DNA from: an uncultured Candidatus Rokubacteria bacterium
GTDB lineage: Bacteria > Methylomirabilota > Methylomirabilia > Rokubacteriales > CSP1-6
Direction of reading: 5' to 3'
DNA length: 64,000 nucleotides
Assembly (NCBI GenBank): GCA_963747235.1
Contig: CAVVEU010000024.1
Location: 448,001-512,000 of the forward strand
In this document: positions 31,584 to 39,882 of the stretch, piece by piece
How positions within the stretch are numbered: position 1 is the stretch's first letter
How the letters are laid out: each line of letters begins with the position of its first letter
Program-made: the position numbers and the translations under genes
The notes under the pieces: model-generated
The model's database searches: none
Seen by the model: the letters and a program-made list of their open reading frames with translations, nothing else
Told to the model about the DNA's origin: nothing

Positions 31584-32254
31584 AGCTGTTCGTGGACTCG
31601 GCGAACCTGGGAGAGATCGAGGAGGCGCTGGCCCGGGGCTTCGTGGCCGGCATCACCACCAACCCCTCGATCATGGCGCGGGAGGAGCGGGTGGACTTCA
31701 CCGAGCACGTGCACCGGATCATCGGGTTGATCCGGCGGTACGGCAAGGATGTGCCGCTCTCGGTCGAGGTGTCGGTGGAGGATCCGGATGAGATGCTCGA
31801 TCAGGCGCTGAAGTTCGTCGCGGCCTTCCGGTATCCCCAGCTCAGCGTCAAGGTCCCGATCGGCTGGAACGAGCTCCGGGTGATCGCGGAGCTGCGCCGG
31901 CGCGACATCCGCGTCAACTGCACGTGCTGCATGTCGTTCAACCAGGCGTACATGGCCGCGCTGGCCGGGGCCAACTACGTGAGTCTCTTCTACAACCGCA
32001 TCCGCGACACCGGCTACGACGCGCGCCTGGTGGTGGCGGAGACGGTGCGCGCCTTCCGGGAGGGCGGGGTCGAGGCGGAGGTCATCGTGGGGAGCATCCG
32101 GCATCTCTACGACGTGAACGAAGCGTTCTCCGCGGGAGCGCACATCGTCACGGTCCCGTCCAAGTTTCTGCCCCAGCTCACCCAGCATCCCAAGACCACC
32201 GAGGCGGTCAACCAGTTCCTGTCCGACTTCCGCCGCTGGAGCGACCCGGCCTAG
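31580..32254 (+). CDS. Transaldolase (short TalC/FSA family)
   Basis: LFVDSA, GITTNPS, SVEV, VKVP (Schiff-base Lys), SLFYNR, GSIR. Confidence 0.92.
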   Translation: MKLFVDSANLGEIEEALARGFVAGITTNPSIMAREERVDFTEHVHRIIGLIRRYGKDVPLSVEVSVEDPDEMLDQALKFVAAFRYPQLSVKVPIGWNELRVIAELRRRDIRVNCTCCMSFNQAYMAALAGANYVSLFYNRIRDTGYDARLVVAETVRAFREGGVEAEVIVGSIRHLYDVNEAFSAGAHIVTVPSKFLPQLTQHPKTTEAVNQFLSDFRRWSDPA

Positions 32255-32270
32255 GCTCGTCGCCGCCCGC

Positions 32271-32810
32271 GTGAAGGGACTTCTCCTCGCCCTCGCGTGC
32301 TCCGCCGCCACCGCGCTCGGGGTCACGCTGCTGTTCGCGTGCCGGGACGTCGCGCGGCGGGCGGCCGCGATGTGCGGCGTGTTCCTCGTCACCGCCCTCG
32401 TCTACCCGGTGGCGTACGGCCTGACTCCGCCCGACCTCGGCGTCCTGCCGGCGTGGCTCGTCGAGCCACGGACCTGGCTCGATGGCGCGTTCGGCCTGAC
32501 TGTGCACGCGGCGCTGTTCTTCGGCGGTTGGCTGCAGGTCTACAACCTGGCCGAGCGCGGCTTCTCGCTGCGCATCCTGATCGATATCACGGAAGCGCCG
32601 GCGCCCGTGCTCACCGGCGATGAGGTGGCGGCGCGCTACGGGGGCGGCCGCGGCGCGGCCTGGATGCGAGAGAAGCGGATCGATGGGCTGGTGGAGACCG
32701 GCCTGGCTGCGTGGCGCGACGGTCGGCTCCGGGCCACTCCCAAGGGCCGGCGCACCGCGCGGTTTTTCGGCCGGCTCAGGGCCGCGCTGCGAATCGACAC
32801 CCGCCAGTGA
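32271..32810 (+). CDS. Hypothetical membrane protein with C-terminal wHTH-like domain
   Basis: 3 hydrophobic segments, then RGFSLRILIDI...RIDGLVETGL...ATPKGR. Confidence 0.7.
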   Translation: MKGLLLALACSAATALGVTLLFACRDVARRAAAMCGVFLVTALVYPVAYGLTPPDLGVLPAWLVEPRTWLDGAFGLTVHAALFFGGWLQVYNLAERGFSLRILIDITEAPAPVLTGDEVAARYGGGRGAAWMREKRIDGLVETGLAAWRDGRLRATPKGRRTARFFGRLRAALRIDTRQ

Positions 32811-33304
32811 TGCGCGATCCGCTCACGCTGGCGCTGGGGTCCGCCCTCGCGTGGATCACGGCCGCGCTCATCGCCCACCTCGTGGTGTTCCGCCTCGTCC
32901 GGATCGAGCGGCGCGCGCGGACCCTGGTCGCTCTGTTCGGCGCGGCGGCGGTCGGGCATCTGGCGACGGTCCTCGGCTCGCTGGACGGCTGGCGGGCGGG
33001 CTACGGGCTGCTGCTGATCGGCTGCGCGTTCATCTGCTACATGCCATTCTTCTACACGGTCGCGGCTTCTCAGTCGGTGCAGATGCTCATCGCGCTGGAG
33101 GCGGCCCACGACGGGCTTTCCGTGGACGAATTGCGCCGGATGTACGCGGTCGAGGCGGTGTTCGCGGGCCGTCTCGAGACGCTCGTGGGCGCGGGCTACC
33201 TCCAGAGGACGGTGGGGGGGTACGCGCTGGCCCCCAAGGGGCGTCTGGTCGCCCGGTGCTTCCAAGTGGTGAAAACCGTGTGGAATTTGGGCCCGGGCGG
33301 GTAG
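32810..33304 (+). CDS. Hypothetical membrane protein with C-terminal wHTH-like domain (paralog-like)
   Basis: 3 TMs, then SQSVQMLIAL...RLETLVGAGYL...LAPKGR; TGATG coupling. Confidence 0.7.
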   Translation: MRDPLTLALGSALAWITAALIAHLVVFRLVRIERRARTLVALFGAAAVGHLATVLGSLDGWRAGYGLLLIGCAFICYMPFFYTVAASQSVQMLIALEAAHDGLSVDELRRMYAVEAVFAGRLETLVGAGYLQRTVGGYALAPKGRLVARCFQVVKTVWNLGPGG

Positions 33305-33328
33305 GAGAATCAGTAGGTGGCAATTTTT

Positions 33329-33348
33329 TCACCGTGGTGAGTTAAGCT
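33329..33348 (+). promoter_or_regulatory. -10 element TAAGCT with upstream TCACC-GT-GGTGA palindrome
   Basis: AT-rich gap; TAAGCT is 6 nt before ATG 33355. Confidence 0.45.
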
Positions 33349-33354
33349 TTTTTC

Positions 33355-34890
33355 ATGCCCCCGCGGACCTTCGAAGACAAGATCAAGACGCTCCCCGAGC
33401 TGGTCGCGATCTGCGACGAGCTGCGCGCGGCGGGCCAGAAAGTCGCGCAGTGCCACGGCGTCTTCGACCTGGTCCACCCGGGGCACGTCCGCCACTTCGA
33501 GGCGGCGCGGGCGGAGGGCGACCTGCTGGTCGTGACCATCACGCCCGACCGCTTCGTGAACAAGGGGCCTGGGCGCCCGGTCTTCAACCAGCGCCTGCGC
33601 GCGGAGACGGTGGCGGCCCTCGGCTGCGTGCGGTACGTGGCGGTCACCGAATCACCCTCCGCGGAGGACGTGATCCGCCAGATCCGCCCCGCGGTGTACG
33701 TGAAGGGGAGCGACTACCTCGACGCGAAGGACGACCTCACCGGCAAGATCCTCGACGAGCGTCGCGCCGTCGAGGACGGGGGCGGCCGCATCCATTTCAC
33801 CACCGAGATCGCGTTCAGCTCGAGCAACCTGCTCAACCTGCACTTCGACGTGTACCCGGAGGAGGCCCAGGACTTCCTCCGCGATTTCCGCCAGCGACAC
33901 TCCGCGGACGAGGTGATCGGCCTCCTGAAGAACCTGAAGGATCTGAAGGTCCTGGTCGTCGGCGAGGCGATCATCGACGAGTACCACTACGTGCAGTCGA
34001 TGCAGAAGTCCCCCAAGGAGCTGCTGGTCGCCACCCGCCACCTGCGGGAGGAGCACTTCGCGGGCGGCATCCTCGCCTGCGCCAACCACGTGGCCGGGTT
34101 CTGCGGGCAGGTGGACGTGGTGTCGGTGCTCGGGGCCAAGGATTCGCGCGAGAGCTTCATCCGGCGGAGCCTGAAGCCGAACGTGACCCCGCAGTTCTTC
34201 TATCACCCGGACGCGGGCACGATCGTCAAGCGCCGGTACGTCGAGCAGGCGTTCCTGAACAAGATGTTCGAGGTGTCGTTCCTGGACGACGGCGAGCTGC
34301 CGACCGAGGTGTCACGGCAGGTCGAGCGCTATCTGGCCCGGATGCTCGCCGACTACGACGTGGTCATCGTCGCCGACTACGGCCACGGCTTCCTCGGTCG
34401 CGATCTGATCCAGCTCCTGTGCTCCGAGTCGCGCTTCCTGGCCTTGAACGTCCAGACCAACAGCGCCAACCTCGGCTACAACCTCGTCACCAAGTATCCG
34501 CGCGCCCACTACGTGTGCATCGACGAGCCGGAGGTCCGGCTGGCCGCCCACGATCGCCGGAGCAACCTCGAGGAGATCATCCGGCGGCTCGCCAAGGACA
34601 TGTCGTGCCCTCGCGTGTCGATCACCCGCGGCCACAAGGGGAGCGTGGTGTACGCGGAGGGCGAGGGGTTCTCGCACGCCCCGGTGCTCTCCCGCGAGAT
34701 CGTGGACCGCATCGGCGCGGGTGACGCGTACCTGTCGATCACCGCCCCGTGCACCGCCGCGGGCTACTCGCCGGAGGTCGTTGGATTCATCGGGAACGTC
34801 GCGGGGGCGCTCGCGGTGCGCATCGTCGGCAACCGCACGCCCGTCGAGCCGGTGCCGCTCTACAAGTTCGTCTCCGCCCTCCTGCAATGA
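33355..34890 (+). CDS. Bifunctional nucleotidyltransferase / PfkB kinase, copy 2
   Basis: GVFDLVHPGH, NKGPGRP, VKGSDY, DRIGAGDAY. Confidence 0.9.
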   Translation: MPPRTFEDKIKTLPELVAICDELRAAGQKVAQCHGVFDLVHPGHVRHFEAARAEGDLLVVTITPDRFVNKGPGRPVFNQRLRAETVAALGCVRYVAVTESPSAEDVIRQIRPAVYVKGSDYLDAKDDLTGKILDERRAVEDGGGRIHFTTEIAFSSSNLLNLHFDVYPEEAQDFLRDFRQRHSADEVIGLLKNLKDLKVLVVGEAIIDEYHYVQSMQKSPKELLVATRHLREEHFAGGILACANHVAGFCGQVDVVSVLGAKDSRESFIRRSLKPNVTPQFFYHPDAGTIVKRRYVEQAFLNKMFEVSFLDDGELPTEVSRQVERYLARMLADYDVVIVADYGHGFLGRDLIQLLCSESRFLALNVQTNSANLGYNLVTKYPRAHYVCIDEPEVRLAAHDRRSNLEEIIRRLAKDMSCPRVSITRGHKGSVVYAEGEGFSHAPVLSREIVDRIGAGDAYLSITAPCTAAGYSPEVVGFIGNVAGALAVRIVGNRTPVEPVPLYKFVSALLQ

Positions 34891-35453
34891 CCCCCAAGTT
34901 CCTCGTCGAGCTCGGCGAGATGCAGTCGCGGATCGAGGCGTCCGATCACGCGGGCACCGTCCTCTCCTGCTCGGACGCGATGGACCGCGCGGTCGCGCTG
35001 GTGCGGGGCCAGACCGCGGCGGGCCGGAAGGTCATCTTCGTCGGCAACGGCGGGAGCGCGGCGATCGCGAGCCACCAGGCGGTGGACTACTGGAAGAACG
35101 GCGGCATGCGCGCGGTGTCCTTCAACGACGGCGCGCTCCTGACCTGCGTGGGCAACGACTTCGGCTACGCCCACGTGTTCGAGAAGCCGATCGAGATGTT
35201 CGCCGATCCCGGCGACGTGCTGATCGCGATCTCGAGCTCCGGCCGGTCCGAGAACATCCTGCGAGCCGCGGCCGCCGGCGCGCGGGCCCGCTGCCGCGTC
35301 ATCACGCTCTCCGGCTTCGGGGTCGACAACCCGCTCCGCCGCCTGGGCGAGCTGAACTTCTACCTGCCTTCGGACTCCTACGGGTACGTGGAGATCACCC
35401 ACCTGGCGATCTGCCACTGCATCCTCGACACGATCATCGCCGCTCGCGGTTGA
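34887..35453 (+). CDS. SIS-domain phosphosugar isomerase (GmhA-like), copy 2
   Basis: GNGGSAAIASH, TCVGNDFGY, ISSSGRSEN, YGYVEITH. Confidence 0.9.
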   Translation: MTPKFLVELGEMQSRIEASDHAGTVLSCSDAMDRAVALVRGQTAAGRKVIFVGNGGSAAIASHQAVDYWKNGGMRAVSFNDGALLTCVGNDFGYAHVFEKPIEMFADPGDVLIAISSSGRSENILRAAAAGARARCRVITLSGFGVDNPLRRLGELNFYLPSDSYGYVEITHLAICHCILDTIIAARG

Positions 35454-35463
35454 ACCCGGTGTT

Positions 35464-35558
35464 CCGGGGCTGGGCCTGCCTCTTGCATGCATGTTCTGCG
35501 CTGGAAGTGCGTCTGTCCGATCTCCGGGTCGGATCCGGGGGCTCAGGCCCGGCGCCGG
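35464..35558 (+). other. Predicted structured intergenic element (multi-stem)
   Basis: 15-nt imperfect inverted repeat enclosing a 7-bp stem with a c(UCCG)g tetraloop. Confidence 0.35.
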
Positions 35559-35592
35559 GGGCGGCGGCTAACTCAATAAAGGACTGATACTT

Positions 35593-36591
35593 ATGAGCAA
35601 ATTGCATGTCCTGGTGACGGGTGGGGCCGGCTACGTCGGGGCCGTGCTGGTGCCCAAGCTGCTGGCCCAGGGCCATCGGGTCACGGTCCTCGATCTCTAC
35701 ATTTTCGGCGACCAGGTGCTCAAGGCTGTCAGTGGGCACCCGGGCCTCCGGGAGGTCAAGGGAGACATCCGCGATCGGCGGCTCCTCGAGCGCGAGCTCA
35801 CCGGCGTCGATGCGGTCATCCACCTCGCCTGCATCTCGAACGATCCGAGCTTCGAGCTGAACCCGGAGCTGGGCAAGTCGATCAACTACGACGCGTTCCT
35901 GCCCCTCGTGGAGATCGCGAAGGACAAGGGCGTGCGGCGGTTCATCTACGCCTCGTCGTCGAGCGTGTACGGCATCAAGGACGAGGAGAACGTCACCGAG
36001 GATCTGCCGCTCCAGCCGCTGACCGACTACTCGAAGTACAAGGCCCTCTGCGAGGAGGTGCTCCTGAAGGCGCAGGCTCCGGGGTTCACGAGCCTGATCC
36101 TGCGGCCGGCCACCGTGTGCGGGTACTCCCCGCGGCTGCGGCTCGACCTGGCGGTCAACATCCTCACCAATCTCGCGGTGAACACCGGGCGCATCACCGT
36201 GTTCGGGGGCGCCCAGAAGCGGCCCAACATCCACATCGAGGACGTGACCGATCTCTACGTGCGGTCGCTCGAGTGGCCCGAGGAGAGCATCGACGGCCAG
36301 ATCTTCAACGCGGGCTACGAGAACCACACCGTGTCCCAGCTCGCCGACATGGTGGCCGGGAGTCGTGGGCCGCGAGAAGGTGGACATCGTGACCACGCCC
36401 ACCGACGACCACCGCTCGTACCACATCTCGTCGGAGCGCATCAAGCGGATGCTGGGATTCGAGCCGAGCCACAGCGTCGAGGAAGCGGTGCGCGACCTCT
36501 CGCGCCGCCTACGGCCAGGGATGCGATCCCCAATTCGATGACCGACAAGCGGTACTACAACATCAAGACCATGTTGGAGGTGAAGCTCTAG
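35593..36591 (+). CDS. Extended SDR NDP-sugar epimerase/dehydratase, paralog of 23835 (compensating frameshifts ~36360/36500)
   Basis: TGGAGYVG, LACISNDPSF, YSKYK, RPATVCGYSPRLRLDL. Confidence 0.9.
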   Translation: MSKLHVLVTGGAGYVGAVLVPKLLAQGHRVTVLDLYIFGDQVLKAVSGHPGLREVKGDIRDRRLLERELTGVDAVIHLACISNDPSFELNPELGKSINYDAFLPLVEIAKDKGVRRFIYASSSSVYGIKDEENVTEDLPLQPLTDYSKYKALCEEVLLKAQAPGFTSLILRPATVCGYSPRLRLDLAVNILTNLAVNTGRITVFGGAQKRPNIHIEDVTDLYVRSLEWPEESIDGQIFNAGYENHTVSQLADMVAGSRGPREGGHRDHAHRRPPLVPHLVGAHQADAGIRAEPQRRGSGARPLAPPTARDAIPNSMTDKRYYNIKTMLEVKL

Positions 36592-36592
36592 C

Positions 36593-37717
36593 ATGCACGT
36601 TCCCTATTCGTACCTGCGCGACCAGTTCGCCGACTCCGAGCCCATCCTCCGCGACATCAAGGGGCTGCTCGAATCCACCCAGTTCACGCTGGGTCCGCCG
36701 GTGGCCGAGTTCGAGGGGCGCTTCGCGCGCCTCTGCGGGGCGCGGCACGCGATCGGGGTGGGCACCGGCACCGACGCGCTCTCGCTCTCGCTCAAGGCGC
36801 TCGGAGTCGGGCCGGGCGACGAGGTGATCACCGCCGCGAACACCTTCATCGCCACCGCGGGCGCCATCGTCCAGGCGGGCGCCCGGCCGGTGTTCGTGGA
36901 CGTGCTCGACGACTTCAACCTCGATCCGGGGAAGATCGAGGCGGCCATCACCCCCCGGACGCGGGCGCTGCTGCCCGTGCACTACGCAGGCCAGCCCGCC
37001 AAGATGGGTCCGATCCTCGAGATCGCGCAGCGCCGCGGGCTGCCGGTGGTCGAGGACGCCTGCCAGGCCATCAGCGCGGCCATCGACGGTCGGCTCGTGA
37101 GCAACTTCGGCGTGGCGGCCGGCTTCAGCCTGCACCCGCTCAAGAACCTCAACGTCTGGGGTGACGGAGGGGTGATCGTCACCAACTCCGCCGAGCTGGA
37201 CGCGAAGCTCCGGCTCCTGCGCAACCACGGCCTCGTGAATCGCGACGAGGTGGAGATCTTCGGGCACAACTGCCGGCTCGACACGCTGCAGGCGATCGTG
37301 GGCAACCACCTGATCGGCGACACCGAGGCGATCACCGCCGCCCGCATCAAGAACGCCCTCGCGCTCGACGCGGGGCTTCGGCCGCTGGCGCCGCGGGTGC
37401 GGGTGCCCGCGCGGCTGCCCAGCGAGCGGCACGTCTTCCACCTCTACATGTTCGAGGCGGACGATCGCGACGGGCTCCTCGCCTGGCTGCAGCAGAAGGA
37501 GATCGAGGCGAAGATCCACTATCCGGTCCCGCTCCACCTGCAGCCGGCGAGCCGGCGCCTCGGCTACAAGGAGGGCGACTTCCCGGTGGCGGAGCGGCAG
37601 GCCAAGCGGATCATCACGCTCCCGGTCCACCAGCACCTCCGCGCCGACCAGGTGAAACACATGATCGATTCCATCGCCGAGTTCTACGCCGATGAGCGCT
37701 TGCGCGAAGAGCCTTAG
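36593..37717 (+). CDS. DegT/DnrJ/EryC1/StrS aminotransferase
   Basis: GTGTDAL, EDACQA, SLHPLKNL, GDGG. Confidence 0.93.
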   Translation: MHVPYSYLRDQFADSEPILRDIKGLLESTQFTLGPPVAEFEGRFARLCGARHAIGVGTGTDALSLSLKALGVGPGDEVITAANTFIATAGAIVQAGARPVFVDVLDDFNLDPGKIEAAITPRTRALLPVHYAGQPAKMGPILEIAQRRGLPVVEDACQAISAAIDGRLVSNFGVAAGFSLHPLKNLNVWGDGGVIVTNSAELDAKLRLLRNHGLVNRDEVEIFGHNCRLDTLQAIVGNHLIGDTEAITAARIKNALALDAGLRPLAPRVRVPARLPSERHVFHLYMFEADDRDGLLAWLQQKEIEAKIHYPVPLHLQPASRRLGYKEGDFPVAERQAKRIITLPVHQHLRADQVKHMIDSIAEFYADERLREEP

Positions 37718-38830
37718 ATGAAACACGCCATGCACGTGAAGTACATGGATCTGCCGCGCCAGTTCGAGGACGGAACGATCGTCGCGCGGGTGGTGGACGA
37801 GTTCAAGCGGTGCCAGTTCGTCCTCGGGCCCCAGGTGGCCGAGTTCGAGCGGCGGTTCGCCCGGGTGTGCGGGGCGGCGCACGCGCTCGGCCTGAACTCG
37901 GGAACCGACGCGCTGTTCCTCGCCCTCCGGGCCCTCGGCGTGGGGGCCGGCGACGAGGTGATCACCGCGCCCAACAGCTTCGTGGCGACCGCGGGCGCCA
38001 TCGTGATGACCGGCGCGACACCGGTCTTCGTGGACGTCAATGCCGAGTACCTCATGGATCCCGCTCGTCTCGAGGACGCGATCACCCCGCGCACGCGCGC
38101 GGTGATCCCGGTGCATCTCAACGGCAACCCGGTCGACATGCGTGCGCTCGGCGTGGTCGCGACGCGGCACGGGCTGCACGTCATCGAGGACTGCGCCCAG
38201 GCGGTGGGGGCGCTGGTGGACGGCAAGGTGACGGGCTCCATCGGCGTCGCGGGAGCGTTCAGCCTGTTCCCGCTGAAGAATCTCGGGGTGGCCGGGGACG
38301 GGGGCATGCTCACCACCAATTCGGCCGAGCTCGCCGAGCGCGTGCGCCTGCTGCGCCACCACGGCCTGCGCAACCGGGACGAGTGCGAGACCTGGGGCTA
38401 TAACAGCCGACTCGACACGATCCAGGCCATCGTGGGCGACGCGGTGCTCGACACGCTCGAGCGCCTGACCGACGCGCGGATCAAGCACGCCGCGTTCTAC
38501 GACGCGGCGCTGGCCGATCTGGCCCCGGACGTGGTCGTGCCGCCCCGCCGCGACGGAGTGCGGCAGGTCTTCCACCTCTACGTGGTGCAGGCGGAGTCGC
38601 GCGACCGGCTGCGCGAGTTCCTCGAGGCGCGCGGGGTGGAGACCAAGATCCACTACCCGATCCCGATCCATCTCCAGAAGGCGGCTCGGGGCCTCGGCTA
38701 CAAGCGCGGCGCGTTCCCGGTCTGCGAGGCGCAGAGCGAGCGGATCGTCTCGCTGCCGGTGCACGAGTACCTGACCGAGGACGAGCAGGGGTACGTGGTC
38801 GAGCGTATCCGGGAGTTCTACGGGCGATGA
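37718..38830 (+). CDS. DegT/DnrJ/EryC1/StrS aminotransferase (tandem paralog)
   Basis: NSGTDAL, EDCAQA, SLFPLKNL, GYNSRLD. Confidence 0.93.
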   Translation: MKHAMHVKYMDLPRQFEDGTIVARVVDEFKRCQFVLGPQVAEFERRFARVCGAAHALGLNSGTDALFLALRALGVGAGDEVITAPNSFVATAGAIVMTGATPVFVDVNAEYLMDPARLEDAITPRTRAVIPVHLNGNPVDMRALGVVATRHGLHVIEDCAQAVGALVDGKVTGSIGVAGAFSLFPLKNLGVAGDGGMLTTNSAELAERVRLLRHHGLRNRDECETWGYNSRLDTIQAIVGDAVLDTLERLTDARIKHAAFYDAALADLAPDVVVPPRRDGVRQVFHLYVVQAESRDRLREFLEARGVETKIHYPIPIHLQKAARGLGYKRGAFPVCEAQSERIVSLPVHEYLTEDEQGYVVERIREFYGR

Positions 38831-39868
38831 GCCGCGCGACGACGACGAAGCGAGCCGCGCGCCGGCGCCCCGCGGCACCGCGCAAGATCGACGCCGGGCT
38901 CCGCGGCCTGGCTCCCGCGCTCCTGGTGGACCTCTACGTGACGATGCGGCGCATCCGGCGGGCCGAGGAGACGATCGCGGCCCTCTATCCCGAGCAGGAG
39001 ATCCGCTGCCCGACCCATCTCTCGATCGGCCAGGAAGCGGGCGCGACCGGTGTCTGCCTCGCCCTGCGCCTGGCCGACACCGCGGTGAGCACGCATCGCT
39101 GCCACGCCCACTACATCGCCAAGGGCGGCGAGCTGCGCGCCATGTTCGCCGAGCTGTACGGGCGCGCCACCGGGTGCTGCGGGGGCAAGGGCGGCTCCAT
39201 GCATCTCACCGCTCCCGAGGTGGGCATGCTGGGGGCGTCCGCGATCGTGGCGGGATCGGTGCCGCTCGCGCTCGGCATCGCGCTGGCCGCGCGGATGGCG
39301 GGCACCGACGAGGTGGCGGTCGCCTTCTTCGGCGACGCCGCGATGGAGCAGGGGGTGACGCACGAGAGCCTGGCGCTGGCGGCCCTGCGGCGCCTTCCGG
39401 TCCTCTTCGTGTGCGAGAACAATCTCTACGCGACCAGCACCCCGCTCCGGACGCGGCAGGCGGGCAGCGACTTGGCCGTCCGCGCGGCGGGCCACTGGCT
39501 GCCGGGCAGTCACGGTGGACGGCAATGACGTGGTCGCGGTATACCGGGCGGCCCGGACCGCGGTGGAACGGGCGCGGCGCGGGCAGGGCCCCACCCTGAT
39601 CGAGGTGAAGACCTATCGGTTCCGCGAGCACGTGGGCCCGAACTACGATATCGATCAGGGCTACCGCACCCAGGCCGAGCTGGACCGCTGGATGGCGCGG
39701 GATCCGGTGGGCGGCCTGGCGCGACGCCTCGAGCGCGCGGGGCTGCTTCCGGCCGCGCGGCGGGCCGTGCTCGACGCCCAGATCGAGGCCGAGGTCGCGG
39801 ACGCGGTCGCCTTCGCCAAGTCGAGCCCATTCCCCGAGCCGGCCGCGCTGTTCGCGGACGTGGACTAG
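38827..39868 (+). CDS. ThDP-dependent E1 alpha-like subunit, copy 2 (frameshift ~39500)
   Basis: HLSIGQEA, GKGGSMH, GDAAMEQG...CENN, TYRFREHVG. Confidence 0.9.
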
Positions 39869-39882
39869 GGAGAGTCATCCGC

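Noticed and set aside
24835-38830. Lincosamide antibiotic biosynthetic cluster
   Set aside because: No propylproline genes, adenylation/carrier domains, LmbD/T/V/E-like or resistance genes are present; the context is flippase, priming GT and ligase
36563-38878. Long antisense or alternate-frame ORFs (e.g. 771 aa here, 781 aa at 53119, 819 aa at 8030)
   Set aside because: Arg/Pro/Ala-rich shadow ORFs of high-GC genes, or chimeras of real genes joined by off-frame sequence
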